Shown one piece after another: positions 1 through 12,070 of a stretch of 64,000 nucleotides of DNA. Source of the stretch: Octopus bimaculoides (taxonomy: Eukaryota); NCBI RefSeq assembly GCF_001194135.2, contig NC_068991.1:65502894-65566893 (forward strand). The letters are read 5' to 3'. The notes below the pieces were generated by a model, which had not been told where the DNA came from, searched no databases, and was given only the letters and a program-made list of their open reading frames with translations. Position 1 is the stretch's first letter. The number at the start of each line of letters is the position of its first letter. The position numbers and the translations under genes are program-made.

Positions 1-719
1 CAGTGTGTATACAGAGAGTTTATCTGTTTCAAGATACACAGAGACAACGGCCGGAGTAACTAAGCCTGTTTAGAATGGATCATTAGATGCTGATGATAAA
101 ACGGTTGGTCAACTAATGAACTTAATAGATACTAGTAACATGATTACATACTCACTTAAGATCAGAGGACCGTAATCGTCGTTGTCCTCCTCTTTATCAT
201 CATCAACACCATCACCACCAATGTCATCACTAATATCACCACCACTACCATCACCACCAGTATTATCATCCAACGCCTCCTCATCGAAACAAAGCCCATA
301 ATTGTTATTTTTCTCGTCAAGGTCAACGTCACCTTTTATCTTTCTGCAGCCAATAAAATGTAATATCAGTTAAGTACTGGGTGGGGAAATAAAGTACTGG
401 TCGTGTACTGAAATCAAGTTAATCCTCTGTACTCTTCACCAAAACCAAATGTGATGCCTAGCACTGACGTTAAAAACAAATATCATCGTTGTTATTGTTT
501 TAAAGCTGTGCAGCACAGAATTGGTAGTTTGTCTGATGAAATGCTTTGTGGTGTTTAGTTACATCCCTTCATCTTCCGGTTTCAAATCCTGCCAAGTTAA
601 CTTTAACTTTCATTTGTCTGGGATCATTAAAGAACAGTCAACTGCTGGAGTCAATGTAATCAGTTCATCCTGATTCCTACACAAAATTTCTGGTCTCGTG
701 TTTATGTAAAGCATCGTTG

Positions 720-750
<31 letters not shown>

Positions 751-769
751 TATTATTATTATTAGTGCA

Positions 770-1460
770 ACAATGTTCTCAAGGAGACTCTGGACGCCAA
801 CGAGAACGAACTGGCTAGTCTGTTCCGGAGGACTTTCCAGTTGGGAACTATCATGGATATTTTCTAGATGTCCTTGGCCTGGCAGTGCTATTGGTGGGGA
901 GGTGGGGTGTCGCTGCCAGTTTGAGATAAACTCTATAGGCATGAATGTGCTGTCAGATGGGCTTGTCCGAGGTGTGCACAGAGTGATGAAGCCATTCAAG
1001 CACGCCCTCGTTCAGTCCAGGCATTGCTGACTTGTGGGGTTATGTCGAAAAGCTGCTGTCGTGTGTGGGACAGATCCATCTGTTGGTCCAGTCTGTAGTG
1101 ATGATCACCCCACCACCCTCCTTCAACTGGGCAAGCAAAGCAGTTATCCTTTGCCTGGTGGCTGTGGCAAAAGAGGTTGTTTGATGGACAAGGCTGAAAG
1201 GCATGAGGACAGATACATTCCTCTTTCATAAAGCTCTCATTGACTTCTTCAAGTTTCACGTGAAAGGGAAATTGAGAGTGAAGAGGGAAGTGCTCTCCTC
1301 GAGTGAGTTTATTGAAATGTGGGTGGAAGCTGAAGAAATAGCAAGAGTAGATGGGACCACTCTAAGTGCAGACCTGTGAGTAGGAGAGAAGGAATTAGTT
1401 CCCTCTCCTCAAATTTCAGGCCTTATGTCTATAATAGAAAGGACTATTATTTTATTATCT
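770..1460 (+). mobile_element. Tx1/L1-clade LINE 3' fragment (degenerate)
   Basis: Frameshifted translation DANENELASLFRRTF...DKLYRH...CPRCAQSDE...KFHVKGKLRVKREVLSSSEFIEMWVE...RVDGTTL. It parallels the 3' end of the 60.3-62.3 kb element (DENEATRVFRGTF, DKLYRHG, RVKKEVL, RVDGTVL). Confidence 0.75.
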
Positions 1461-1532
1461 TTGCACAGCTTCTAATGCTGGAGATGTACTACATTGTCAG
1501 CTGTTCACTACCAGTGAACTGAGGTAACATCC

Positions 1533-1533
1533 C

Positions 1534-1577
<44 letters not shown>

Positions 1578-2127
1578 GAGTGAGAGAGCAGTGCATGCCA
1601 TCAAAGTGACACTGGGGTAAAATATACGAAGCCCAGTATACCCATCATGACTACATGTCTGATAAGGGTACATCAGGTACATGCATCACAATCATATGTG
1701 TGCGATATAGTAAACTCATATCAAGATAAACAGCACATGACCTTGCAGATGGGGCCCAGTTAGAATTTTCTTCAGCTCGAGTAGCCCATTCCCAAAAGAT
1801 TCCTGAATAAGGGTTGTTTAAGGATGTTGAATGAAACACCCATGTTTCCAAAGGTGAATTATCCAAACCCCAAAGAATTCCTCTCAAACACATGGCTATG
1901 ATGCTCCCCAACTACTTCTGCTCATGATCAGAGATGCACATATTTTTGGCCAATAAGGAAGATGCTCAACTGGTCAAGATCAAGCAACTGACAAGCAAAT
2001 CTGTGGTATTGAGCAGAATATTTGCTGTAGTCCATCTTTTATACCAAGACAAAACAATGTACATGATAACACTTCCAATCAGTTACGATCAGAAGCCATG
2101 AGAGCTACTGCCTGGCACTGCATATCA
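1533..2127 (-). repeat. Unclassified interspersed repeat, probably a retroelement 3' region with an (AAT)n tail
   Basis: Non-coding, moderately complex block bounded by (TTA)n at 1533-1578 and (ATT)n at about 2126-2190. No protein motif recognised. Confidence 0.35.
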
Positions 2128-2137
2128 TTATTATTAC

Positions 2138-2171
<34 letters not shown>

Positions 2172-2189
2172 GTTATTATTATTATTGTT

Positions 2190-2400
2190 AAGGTGGTGAG
2201 CTGACAGAATTGTTACTACACCAGATGCAATGCTGCTAAACATTTGGCTGAGGTCAACTTTGCCCACCATCCTTTCAGGGTCAACAAATAAAGTACAGTT
2301 CACGAGCAGGACATTGGCAGAACTGTTTGGTGTTAGACAAGATGTTTTGTAGTACATATTCTCGGGTCTTTATGTTCTGAGTTCACCTATGACAACATAG
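2190..2400 (+). mobile_element. SINE family D copy (old, CpG-decayed)
   Basis: AAGGTGGTGAGCTGACAGAATTGTT head and GGTCAACTTTGCC...CATCCTTTCAGGGTCAA motif, matching younger D copies at 35.2 kb and 62-63 kb. Confidence 0.7.
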
Positions 2401-2491
2401 GTATAACACTGTATCAGCCTTTGTTTTTCTCTCAGATAACCTCAATGGCATAGAGAGGGGCAACTTTCACGTACAGGAAACCACTGGTCTT

Positions 2492-2595
2492 CAGTGGCAT
2501 AGCTAGAGTATGTGCCACTAGGGGCAGCCCTTGAGTTGGCTGGGCCTCCATCCCTGGGCCCCTAAGCCAATACAGACTAGAGGTCTATGCCACCA
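2492..2595. mobile_element. Small MITE-like element
   Basis: Ends are CAGTGGCATAG and CTATGCCACCA (imperfect terminal inverted repeat), about 100 bp and GC-rich. No clear TSD. Confidence 0.35.
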
Positions 2596-3179
2596 ACTTA
2601 CCCTTCATCTGAAAAATTTCTGGCCTTGTGTCAAAAGTTTGATAAATATCTTAAAAAAATAAAGAACTAAAATATGGAGTGAACAGAATTTCAGAGAATC
2701 GGTATTTGGTTTACAGCTTTGTAGGGATTAACAGGTTGGGGGTAGGGGTACAGCATTATTTCAGTCTGTACCTGTTGAAGCCAAGCAGCAGATGGTGTTA
2801 GTAAAGTTACTGGGTTTGAGTTCTTCTAATTTTGGTTAAATCAAGAATCCTGGCAGAGGGTAGAAAAAAAAAAGAAAAACAAAAAGTAAAAAACAAACAA
2901 GCAAAATAGCATTTCTATTTTGATAATTCCTATTGTTAGAGCTGCATCAATTGTTTATCACAGCCAATAAGATAACTGGAGCATGCTCCAAGCCATATTC
3001 TTGTTAGTGTGGCATCTCGATATAAGACATCTGGTGCTGCTTATGGTGGAATTGGTAATTTGACCAGCTAATCATTTATTTTGTATTTTCTCGTAATTAC
3101 TTTTTCTCAGTTTGAAGCAAATGAAGGTTGTGAAGTATGTGAGATAGCATTGAGAATTTTCAAGATAATACACTTGCAG

Positions 3180-3236
3180 ATTGTGTGCGTGTATGTGTGT
3201 ATGTGTTCATGTGTGTATGCATGTGCATATATGTAC

Positions 3237-3269
<33 letters not shown>

Positions 3270-4210
3270 CATGTATGCATGTGCATGTGTGTGAGTTATA
3301 TTTGACAGAATGTTTCTGCAATGGCAAGTGTGTGTAAATGTGTTTGTGCTTGCGTATGTGAATGTGTAAGTGTAGAATTGTCTCTGTTTGTTTTATGTCT
3401 GTGTGAATTATTTTGTATTGTAGTGTGTGTGAAAATGCCTCCATGAATATATGTGTGTCTGTGTTACTATGCATGTTTATGTGTATGCCTAACAGTGGAA
3501 TTGTATATACATATATACATACATACATACACATATGTGTGTATGTGTATATATATATATATATATATNNNNNNNNNNNNNNNNNNNNNNNNNNNNNNNN
3601 NNNNNNNNNNNNNNNNNNNNNNNNNNNNNNNNNNNNNNNNNNNNNNNNNNNNNNNNNNNNNNNNNNNNNNNNNNNNNNNNNNNNNNNNNNNNNNNNNNNN
3701 NNNNNNNNNNNNNNNNNTATATATATATATATATATATATATGTGCCAAAGTATATGTGAGTTATTGTGTATAATGGCATGCATAAATGAATGTGTGTAA
3801 AGTGTTTGGATATTTGTTTTGTTTGTGTTTGTGTATGCCATTGTGTGTAAATGTACCTGCACATATGTATGCCTATGTGTTTAGACATGAGTGCATACAA
3901 ATAACTTTGTATATGTCCTTTATATTTGTCAACGTGTGTGTATTATTGATTACTGCAATGTATGCAAACGTGTACAAGGTTAGACATGTTATTTTATAAT
4001 TGTTTGCATGTTTTTTTGTGCATGTGCATGATTGTGTAAACCAACCATAAATTGTGTTTAGAGCTATGAGTGTGTATATATAACTATAACTGTCTGTATG
4101 TGTAACTTGCCAGTCTGTATACATCTCTGTGCGTAGGTGATTGTGTACGGCAGTGTTCATAAATGCATCGGCATACACGTGTATAGGAATGAGCATATGT
4201 GTGTGACTTC
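3180..4210. repeat. Compound (TG)/(TA)/(AG) microsatellite-rich tract with gap
   Basis: Visible dinucleotide repeats; N gap at 3569-3717. Confidence 0.9.
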
Positions 4211-4992
4211 AGCAGCCTTGAAATCGTGTTCTGTTGTATGAAAAAGATATGACATTAGCTAATAATGTTGTCCAAGAGACAAAATAAAAAAACAAAAGGG
4301 TGGGACAGTCGCTTTGATCGTAGATGTATTGAATCAGACCTGGAACCTAACAACAGCAGATATGTAGGGGTTCCTTGACTCTATAGATGACTAGGTTTGG
4401 TAACAGTTGAAGGTAAAAACTTAGGTTACTAAGAAATTTAGTGAGGAATGCAAGTAAAACATATTTTTATTATCATCACCAAATTATCTGTACTCAGGTT
4501 CTATGTCTGTCTGTCTCTCTTTCTTTTTCTCTTCCACATCCTATCCAAACATATGTCATCTTTCTTGTCCACACCCTGTCAACCGTATCATCATAATGAT
4601 TCTTTTACTAGCATCTTTCTACTTTCCCCACCTCAATCACCACTGACCATCTCCCACCCCTGCATCCATTACACCCTCCATCCACCCTTCAACCCCCACC
4701 CAGTCTTTACAGACGTTGCCCACCTCCCATTTCTGCCATTGCCTTATCTCTTATCCCACCATACACTCTTGCATCTCTCCACCACCTACATAATCCTAGC
4801 TTCTCTTCCACACACACCCCCACCCCCACCACCACTCACTTTTACTCACCACATACCTTAAGGGTGCCGAGTGAACACTTCATCACCACTGTTGATCTCT
4901 TCAGAGATACTTCCAATTCATCCTCACTCCCTCTCTCCCCTAAATGTGAATAGCCATGCAGCTCCTCTGCAACAAGAACCTGCTCCTTCCCA

Positions 4993-5190
4993 CCCTTTAG
5001 CATTCGGATTATTCTGTCAAATTTAATACTTATTAATTAACACTGTTTTGAATTAATCATGCGTTGTCTTGTAACTTTGAGATTTCAATGATGTGATTGT
5101 ATATTCTGGGGTAGATGTAAGAGACTAGAGTTTGACTGTTTGAACATAAACCAGGTAAAATATTGGGGCATAAATGCTTACCTGGCATAA
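4993..5190 (+). mobile_element. piggyBac-like MITE (family F), truncated
   Basis: CCCTTTAGCATTCGGATTA start, and internal sequence shared with the 34542-34768 copy. Confidence 0.55.
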
Positions 5191-5319
5191 AGACCCCCAC
5201 ACTGCCCCACTTCCTTAGGCTTTGTAGTCTTGCAAGCTGCATGGCAACCTCACTAGTGCTGGTGGTGCAAAAAAAAACAAAAAAACAAGTACCCAGTACA
5301 CAGTAACGTGGTTGGTATT

Positions 5320-5525
5320 AAGAAGAGCATCCAGACATAGAAACCATGCCAAAGCAGACACTGGAACCATTGGATATTTGTCAAACTGTCCAGCCTATTT
5401 CAGCATGGAATCATCACCATCATCATCATCATCATCGTTTAACGTCCGCTTTCCATGCTAGCATGGGTTGGACGATTTGACTGAGGACTGGTGAAACCGG
5501 ATAGCAACACCAGGCTCCAATCTAA
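5320..5525. mobile_element. Two family C fragments, tail-to-tail
   Basis: A plus-strand piece (AAGAGCATCCAG...CAGCATGGAA) abuts (CAT)n-CGTTTAACGTCCGCTTTCCATGCTAGCATGGG, which is a minus-strand family C tail. Confidence 0.75.
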
Positions 5526-5997
5526 TGATGGTGATGATAATGATGACTCTTATCTCCACCAGCCATCCCCCTTTCAGTCATCTCACCATCTTTCATCATT
5601 CATCTAAATATCATTCATCTCTCTATCTCTCGTTTATCTTAGTGTCTCTATGAAAACAGTGGTTAGTGGTGAACTTGATACAACACATGTGTCAGTGTAA
5701 TGTATACATTAACTTATAATCAATTATTTTAAAAAAGATAGGCTTTTTAATTAACTGCAACAAGGTTCAAATGCCTCAAGCAAAATACATCCATGAATAG
5801 ACCTGTGGCGTTTGAAATAGGATATGATATGCTTCTATCATATCAGATCCTATTTCAAAACTTGCTTGTGTGGTGATGCAAAATTGTAACTCTAAGAAAA
5901 ATTGGAAGAGCTGCTTTTACTGTGATTGCTAATTAACTGTTGAAATACACTGCTTTTGTTTCAGTTAATTTCAAAAATAATAATTTCATAAAATAAG

Positions 5998-6517
5998 TGG
6001 GTGTGTGGTAAGTAGCTTGCTTACCAACCACATGGTTCCGGGTTCAGTCCCACTGCATGGCACCTTGGGCAAGTGTCATCTACTATAGCCTCGGGCCGAC
6101 CAAAGCCTTGTGAGTGGATTTGGTAGGGGGAAGCTGAAAGAAGCCTGTCGTATATATGTATATATATATGTGTATATATATATATATATNNNNNNNNNNN
6201 NNNNNNNNNNNNNNNNNNNNNNNNNNNNNNNNNNNNNNNTATATATAGATATATAGATATATATGTATGTGTGTGTGTGTGTGTGTGATGTGTGTGTGTA
6301 TGTTTGTGTGTCTGTGTTTGTCCCCCCACCATCGCTTGACAACCAATGCTGGTGTGTTTATGTCCCCGTCACTTAGCGGTTTGGCAAAAAGAGACCGATA
6401 GAACAAGTACTAGGCTTACAAAGAATAAGTCCCGGGGTCGATTTGCTCGACTAAAGGCGGTGCTCCAGCATGGCCACAGTCAAATGACTGAAACAAGTAA
6501 AAGAGTAAAGAGAGAGT
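5998..6517 (+). mobile_element. SINE family A, full length (tRNA-like head, CORE-like motif, internal microsatellite, AAGAGTA tail)
   Basis: GTGTGGTAAGTAGCTTGC...GGTTCAGTCCC head, CCTTGGGCAAGTG motif, (TA)/(TG) core, end CAGCATGGCCACAGTCAAATGACTGAAACAAGTAAAAGAG. More than 15 homologous pieces in the window. Confidence 0.9.
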
Positions 6518-6709
6518 ATTATTAAGCTGGTATTTGGAACATAAATTAACATGAAATTTTGAAGGAAGGTTGTAATTTTAGATCATTTTAAAACAGAAAC
6601 ATTTATATCATTAGAACGAGGGATAGTCTCAGTTGGCTTGGTATCAAAAAGATTTTAAAAATGAATGAATAAACTGTTGACTTGAAAACTGATTCGTTAA
6701 TTTGCAATC

Positions 6710-7080
6710 GTTGTTGTTGGCACTCCATTGCTTACGACGTCGAGGGTTCCAGTTGATCCGATCAATGGAACAGCCTGCTTGTGAAAGTAACGTGCAAGTG
6801 GCTGAGCACTCCACAGACACGTGTACCCTTAACGTAGTTCTTGGAGAGATTCAGCGTGACACAGTGTGACAAGTCTGGCCCTTTGAAATACAGGTACAAC
6901 AGAAACAGGAAGTAAGAGTGAGAGAAAGTTGTAGTGAAAGAGTACAGCAGGGTTCGCTACCGTCCCCTGCCGGAGCCTCATGGAGCTTTAGGTGTTTTCG
7001 CTCAATAAACACTCACAACGCCCGGTCTGGGAATCGAAACCACGATCCTATGACTGCGAGTCTGGGCCATTGCACCTCCA
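6710..7080 (-). mobile_element. SINE family B (tRNA-derived, (CAA)n tail)
   Basis: Reverse complement of the 48597-48983 copy, with a short deletion in the head. Confidence 0.9.
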
Positions 7081-7651
7081 TAATTTGCAATCAATGCAAG
7101 GTTATATGCCTCTTATAGTAAAAAGTTACCTTCAATAGATCAACATCTTAAGCAGGGGACAGATATGTCTCTCAGCTATCCACCATTACAAAAACTTGGA
7201 GAGAAACACCAGCTAGCCCCTGAACATCAGAGCAGCTCATTGAGTTATGTTTTCCTTTTTCAGTGTTTGAATTATCATATGATTTTGAACACAGTGTTAG
7301 CCTACAAATTATTTTAGTGTATTGTATTTGTTATGAAGTGCTATGAATAAATGAATGAATGAATGAGTGAATTAATGATATTTATAGAGAACTGTGTGTG
7401 CTGTAAAGCAGCATCAGAAATATTGGCTTGTAGCATGATAAAGAAAGATAAAATTATAATTTTATTTGTGTCCACCGACTGATGTGAATGATTCTGTGAG
7501 TCACAGAAGAAAGGTCAAATAAAATAAGAAGCTACGAGATGTAACAAATCATTTGAATTAGACATGTTTTGTTATTCAAGTGACCTAAACCAGTCTGCAA
7601 TGACATAGTTTACAATAAAACTAAAAAAGATCTAACCATCTGAGATGAGTT

Positions 7652-7715
<64 letters not shown>

Positions 7716-7718
<3 letters not shown>

Positions 7719-8244
7719 GAGTCAAAATTAAAAGAAGAGTGCCATTGTTATCTAGTGAATGATATTTCAACATCTTGTGTGTCTTCAATGGGTTCAAAAA
7801 ATAAATTTGTCAATCTACTTCATTTTGGTTAATATAGAAAGGATTGAGGTAACTCCTCCTGAAGATATAGAGTCAAAATTAAAAGAAGAGTGCCATTGTT
7901 GTCTAGTGAACGATAGGAGGAGTTACCTCAATCCTTTCTATATTAACCAAAATGAAGTAGATTGACAAATTTATTTTTTGAACCCATTGAAGACACACAA
8001 GATGTCGAAATAACATTCACAAGATAACAATGGCACTCTTCTTTTAATTTTGACTCTATATCTTCAGGAGGAGTTACCTCAATCCTTTCTATATTAACCA
8101 AAATGAAGTAGATTGACAAATTTATTTTTTGAACCAGGTGAAGACACACAAGATGTCGAAATAACATTCACTAGATAACAATGGCACTCTTCTTTTAATT
8201 TTGACTCTATATCTTCAGGAGTTACCTCAATCCTTTCTATATTA
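7716..8244. repeat. 151-bp unit array: about 1.3 copies (+) then about 2.2 copies (-), tail-to-tail, flanked by (TAA)n
   Basis: GAGTCAAAATTAAAAGAAGAG at 7719 and 7870 (period 151). The reverse complement of the unit runs from 7915 to 8244. Confidence 0.9.
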
Positions 8245-8267
8245 ATAACAACAACAACAACAACAAC

Positions 8268-8321
<54 letters not shown>

Positions 8322-8331
8322 TATAATAATA

Positions 8332-9192
8332 ATGGATTATTTGACCAAATGAGGAGAATGTTCAGTAAAGATATTGGAATGCAGTTTGAGATAAATAAGT
8401 GCAAAGCTCTAATTATGAAAAGCAGTTGGATGGTAGGCACTAAAGGCAGAAAATTACCACAAGACAACATCATTAGATCACTTTGGAATAATGAGAGATA
8501 CAAACACCAAGGAGTGCTGCAAGACAATAGGGTCATGGAAAGATAAGTGAGAGAGAAAATCACTAAGGAGTATGAAAGGAGAATTTGGAAGGTGCCTGAA
8601 ACAAAATTAAATGGAGGAAATATCATTAAAATAATAAATATTCTGCACCCTTCTTGAAATGGACAACGGTCAAGTTACAGAGTCTGGATAGAAGAACTAG
8701 AAAGCTGCCCACAATGCACAATGCACACCATCCTAAGAGTAATTCCAACAGACACTACCGACCAAGAAAAGAAGGCAGTAGAAGATTACTAAACACAGAA
8801 GACACTGTTAATACTGAAACACTGGGTCTGAAAAATTATGTTGTACAAAGTAAAGAAAAGAATATTATTGGCAGCCAGAAATACTCAAAACCTGAATCAG
8901 CAGGAGACTTCAAAGAGGAAAAGAAAAACATCAGAACAAGCAAGTGGAAAGAAATGGAATTTCACGGCTAATTTATGCAATGAACTGAGAATGTTTGAAG
9001 TAAAGAACGTTGGGTATGGTTGATAGATGGGCACTTGAAACGAGAGCCCAAAACATTAATTATAGCTGCTCAGGGACAAGCCAAGAGAACAAATCTGATA
9101 AAGGTAAAGATTGTCAAAACTCAGTCAGACAGCAAATATAGAATCAGTAGGAAAGGACATGAAAGTATCAACCACCTTTTCAGTTTGTGCAG
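8332..9192 (+). mobile_element. R4/Dong-clade non-LTR retrotransposon fragment (late RT to CCHC region), dead
   Basis: FSKDIGMQFEINKC, HNAHHPKS...YRPRKEGSRRL (cf. YLPRKEGGRGL), LKREP.TLIIAAQ.QA.RTNLIKVKI...ESINHLFS.C. Several stops and frameshifts; truncated before the restriction-like endonuclease. Confidence 0.8.
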
Positions 9193-9217
9193 TATGTGTG
9201 AGTGTGTGTATATGTGT

Positions 9218-9239
<22 letters not shown>

Positions 9240-9249
<10 letters not shown>

Positions 9250-9470
9250 TTGTGCGTACCCTTATCTGGTCATGTGATAGTTGCAAATGAGCATCACCAT
9301 TTATACAAGCAAGGTTTTACATTTTCAATTCTCTGTGTGAAACATGTCTAGATATGGGGAAATATTACCTTGCTTGGAACCAGATGAATGCTGACAACCG
9401 GAAGGGCATCCAGCTGTAGAAAATTTACCTCAAATTCTGTCTGACCCATGCAAGCATGGAAAAGTGGGCA
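9240..9470 (+). mobile_element. SINE 3' module with family C (RTE-type) tail
   Basis: GGAAGGGCATCCAGCTGTAGAAA...CATGCAAGCATGGAAAAGTGG. Confidence 0.7.
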
Positions 9471-10129
9471 GTGAATCTTACTATTTAGAAAGGTCTCAGA
9501 ATTCCTCAAGAGGTAACAAAACAATTCTAATAATATACAGTAAAACACTTCAGTTAGATGAACCATACCTCTTCAGGGACTTTATTTTTTTTAACAATAG
9601 CTGCCTTCAGCTCTATTCTAACAAAGTATCTCACACTATTATAATTACAATTCTTTATTCAAAATGCTTATTCTACTGCAAAATTTCCTCCAGAGAATGT
9701 AATAAATCAATATTCCAAGACTGTCAGTGGAGTTGATATTAAAAGAACCAATACACATTAATCATTCATGTGACACTGTACCTAATATAAATGTCACTGC
9801 ATTTTAAACTCGCAAAAATGTACAATTCAAGCAGAATATTCTGATGAAGTTAAACACATTGTAAAAATGGAGAAGTAGACGATTTAAGAAATTCAAAGTT
9901 TTGATTGGTCCAACCATTCAGTGTCCATATCTGGACATACTATGTCTGCATACAAGAGATATTCTGATATGCTATATGTTACTATACACTAGATACATAT
10001 TATATGTTATTTTAGATGTACAGGCATGATATATGTATATTATATCATAGATAAATTGTACATTATACTAAATATACTATGTTATATTAAATATACAATT
10101 TTATACTAAATATATATATATATATATAT

Positions 10130-10290
10130 TATTGAGTCTGGGGAGAGTCATTCTGTTTTAATGCTTTATTAACACACTCACTGGTTTGATTTCCACTCAT
10201 TTCCTTTTATTTTTTCTAAAATTTTCATTGCTCCTTGCATCCTCTACAATGACTCTTGAAGAGGTTGCAAGAAGCACCCAAAATTGTGAC
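10130..10290. repeat. Short module ending in (TA)n with an imperfect palindrome; possible Penelope-like terminal-repeat remnant
   Basis: ATTTTCATTGCTCCTTGCATCCTCTACAA (from 10221) pairs imperfectly with TTGAAGAGGTTGCAAGAAGCACCCAAAAT (to 10284). AATAAA lies on the minus strand upstream of the (TA)n run. Confidence 0.4.
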
Positions 10291-11503
10291 ACACACTCAC
10301 ATACACACACGCGCGCGCATGCAGGTTGTTTTAATCGATTTTCTCTGTAAGTATGGGGGCTAGAAAAAAATAGAAAGCGCGTTCCATGTCTATGCACCCG
10401 TCTCCACATGTGGGCCATTTTTCACACAATTCCACCCAGCCGTTTGGCCGTGAACCTCAAGACAAGAAAGAATACAACGGTCGGCCAACTTGAATTTATA
10501 TTATAGATAAATGCACACATTAGATAAACAAAATGGATATAAATACAAGACACACACTATACATACGTATCTGTTTGTCTGTTTCTCTCTCTCTATATAT
10601 ATATAAAATTGTTACACTGAATATATGATATATATTTTTATATGCTGTTTATCACACAGGTAAATACAATGCATGCATGCATGCATGTATGTATGTATGT
10701 ATATATGTATGTATGTATATAGGTAGGTAGGTAGGTATGTATGTATGTATGCATGTATATATGAGTGTGTCTTTCATTATCATCATCCAGTGTTTTAAAT
10801 TCAGGTTTTGTCCCCGTCAACGGGGGTGGCTGGATCTACCTCAATGCCATAGCAACCACCCTCACACCATCTTGCTATGTTGCCCGGTTTTGGGTGTCCT
10901 CCTTTTTCAAACCAACCCTCCAATCTCCTCCTCTACCTGTCCCCTCTACCTGTCCCCTCCACCTTTTCCTCAGTCTACCTCGCTTTCGCACTCTATTTAC
11001 CTCAAACGTAATCACCCTCCTCTGAACACACTCTTCATCCCTCCTCAACACACCCATACCATCTCACTCCATTCACCCTTGCCAACTATTCCACTGATTC
11101 CTTCAACCCCAGCATTCCCATCAAATCCTCATTCGTCCTCTTCACACATTTCTCTCCCCATTGCTCTCTCAGTCCTCAGAATTACCATCTCTCTCTCCCT
11201 CTTTAAGTTTGTGTTTTTCCCCACCACTTGATAACCAATGTTGGTTTGTTCACATCCATGTAAATTAGCAGTTCAGCATAAAAGGCCAGGAAGCAAGCTT
11301 TAAAAAATTAAGTACAAAAATCCTTTGAGACAGTGCTCCAGCATGGCACAGTCCAATGCAGTTCAACAGCTGAAAGAAGTAAAAGATAAATGGTGAAAGA
11401 TACTATTCCACTCTGGAACCACATGGTTCAGGTTCCATTCCCACTGTCTGCCACTGTTGGTTCATGTCAGTGAACTGGATGATGAAAACAGTAAGAAATC
11501 CAT

Positions 11504-11504
<1 letters not shown>

Positions 11505-11537
<33 letters not shown>

Positions 11538-12070
11538 TGTGAATGTATGTGTGTTTGAGTGTGCATGCACACATGAGTACGTGTGTACGTGTGTGTGTGC
11601 ATGTGAACATATGTATGTTTGAGTGTGCATGCACACATGAGTACATGTGTATGTGTGTGTGTGTGTGCATGTGAACGTATGTGTGTTTGAATGTGCATGC
11701 ACACATGAGTATGTGTGTATGTGTGTGTGTGTGCATGTGAACGTATGTGTGTTTGAATGTGCATGCACACATGAGTACATGTGTATGCGTGTGTGCATGT
11801 GAATGTATGTGTGTTTGAGTGTGCATGCACACATGAGTACGTGTGTATGTGTGTGTGTGTGCATGTGAACGTATGTGTGTTTGAGTGTGCATGCACACAT
11901 GAGTATGTGTGTATGTGTGTGTGTGCATGTGAACGTATGTGTGTTTGAGTGTGCATACACACATGAGTATGTGTGTATGTGTGTGTGTGCATGTGAACGT
12001 ATGTGTGTTTGAGTGTGCATGCACACATGAGTAGATGTGTGTGTGTGTGTGTGCATGTGAATGTAAGTGT
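11505..12070. repeat. Minisatellite of 62-68 bp units built from TG-type microsatellite (8 full units plus a partial one)
   Basis: GTGCATGTGAA recurs at 11533, 11597, 11665, 11731, 11793, 11859, 11923, 11987 and 12051. Confidence 0.95.
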
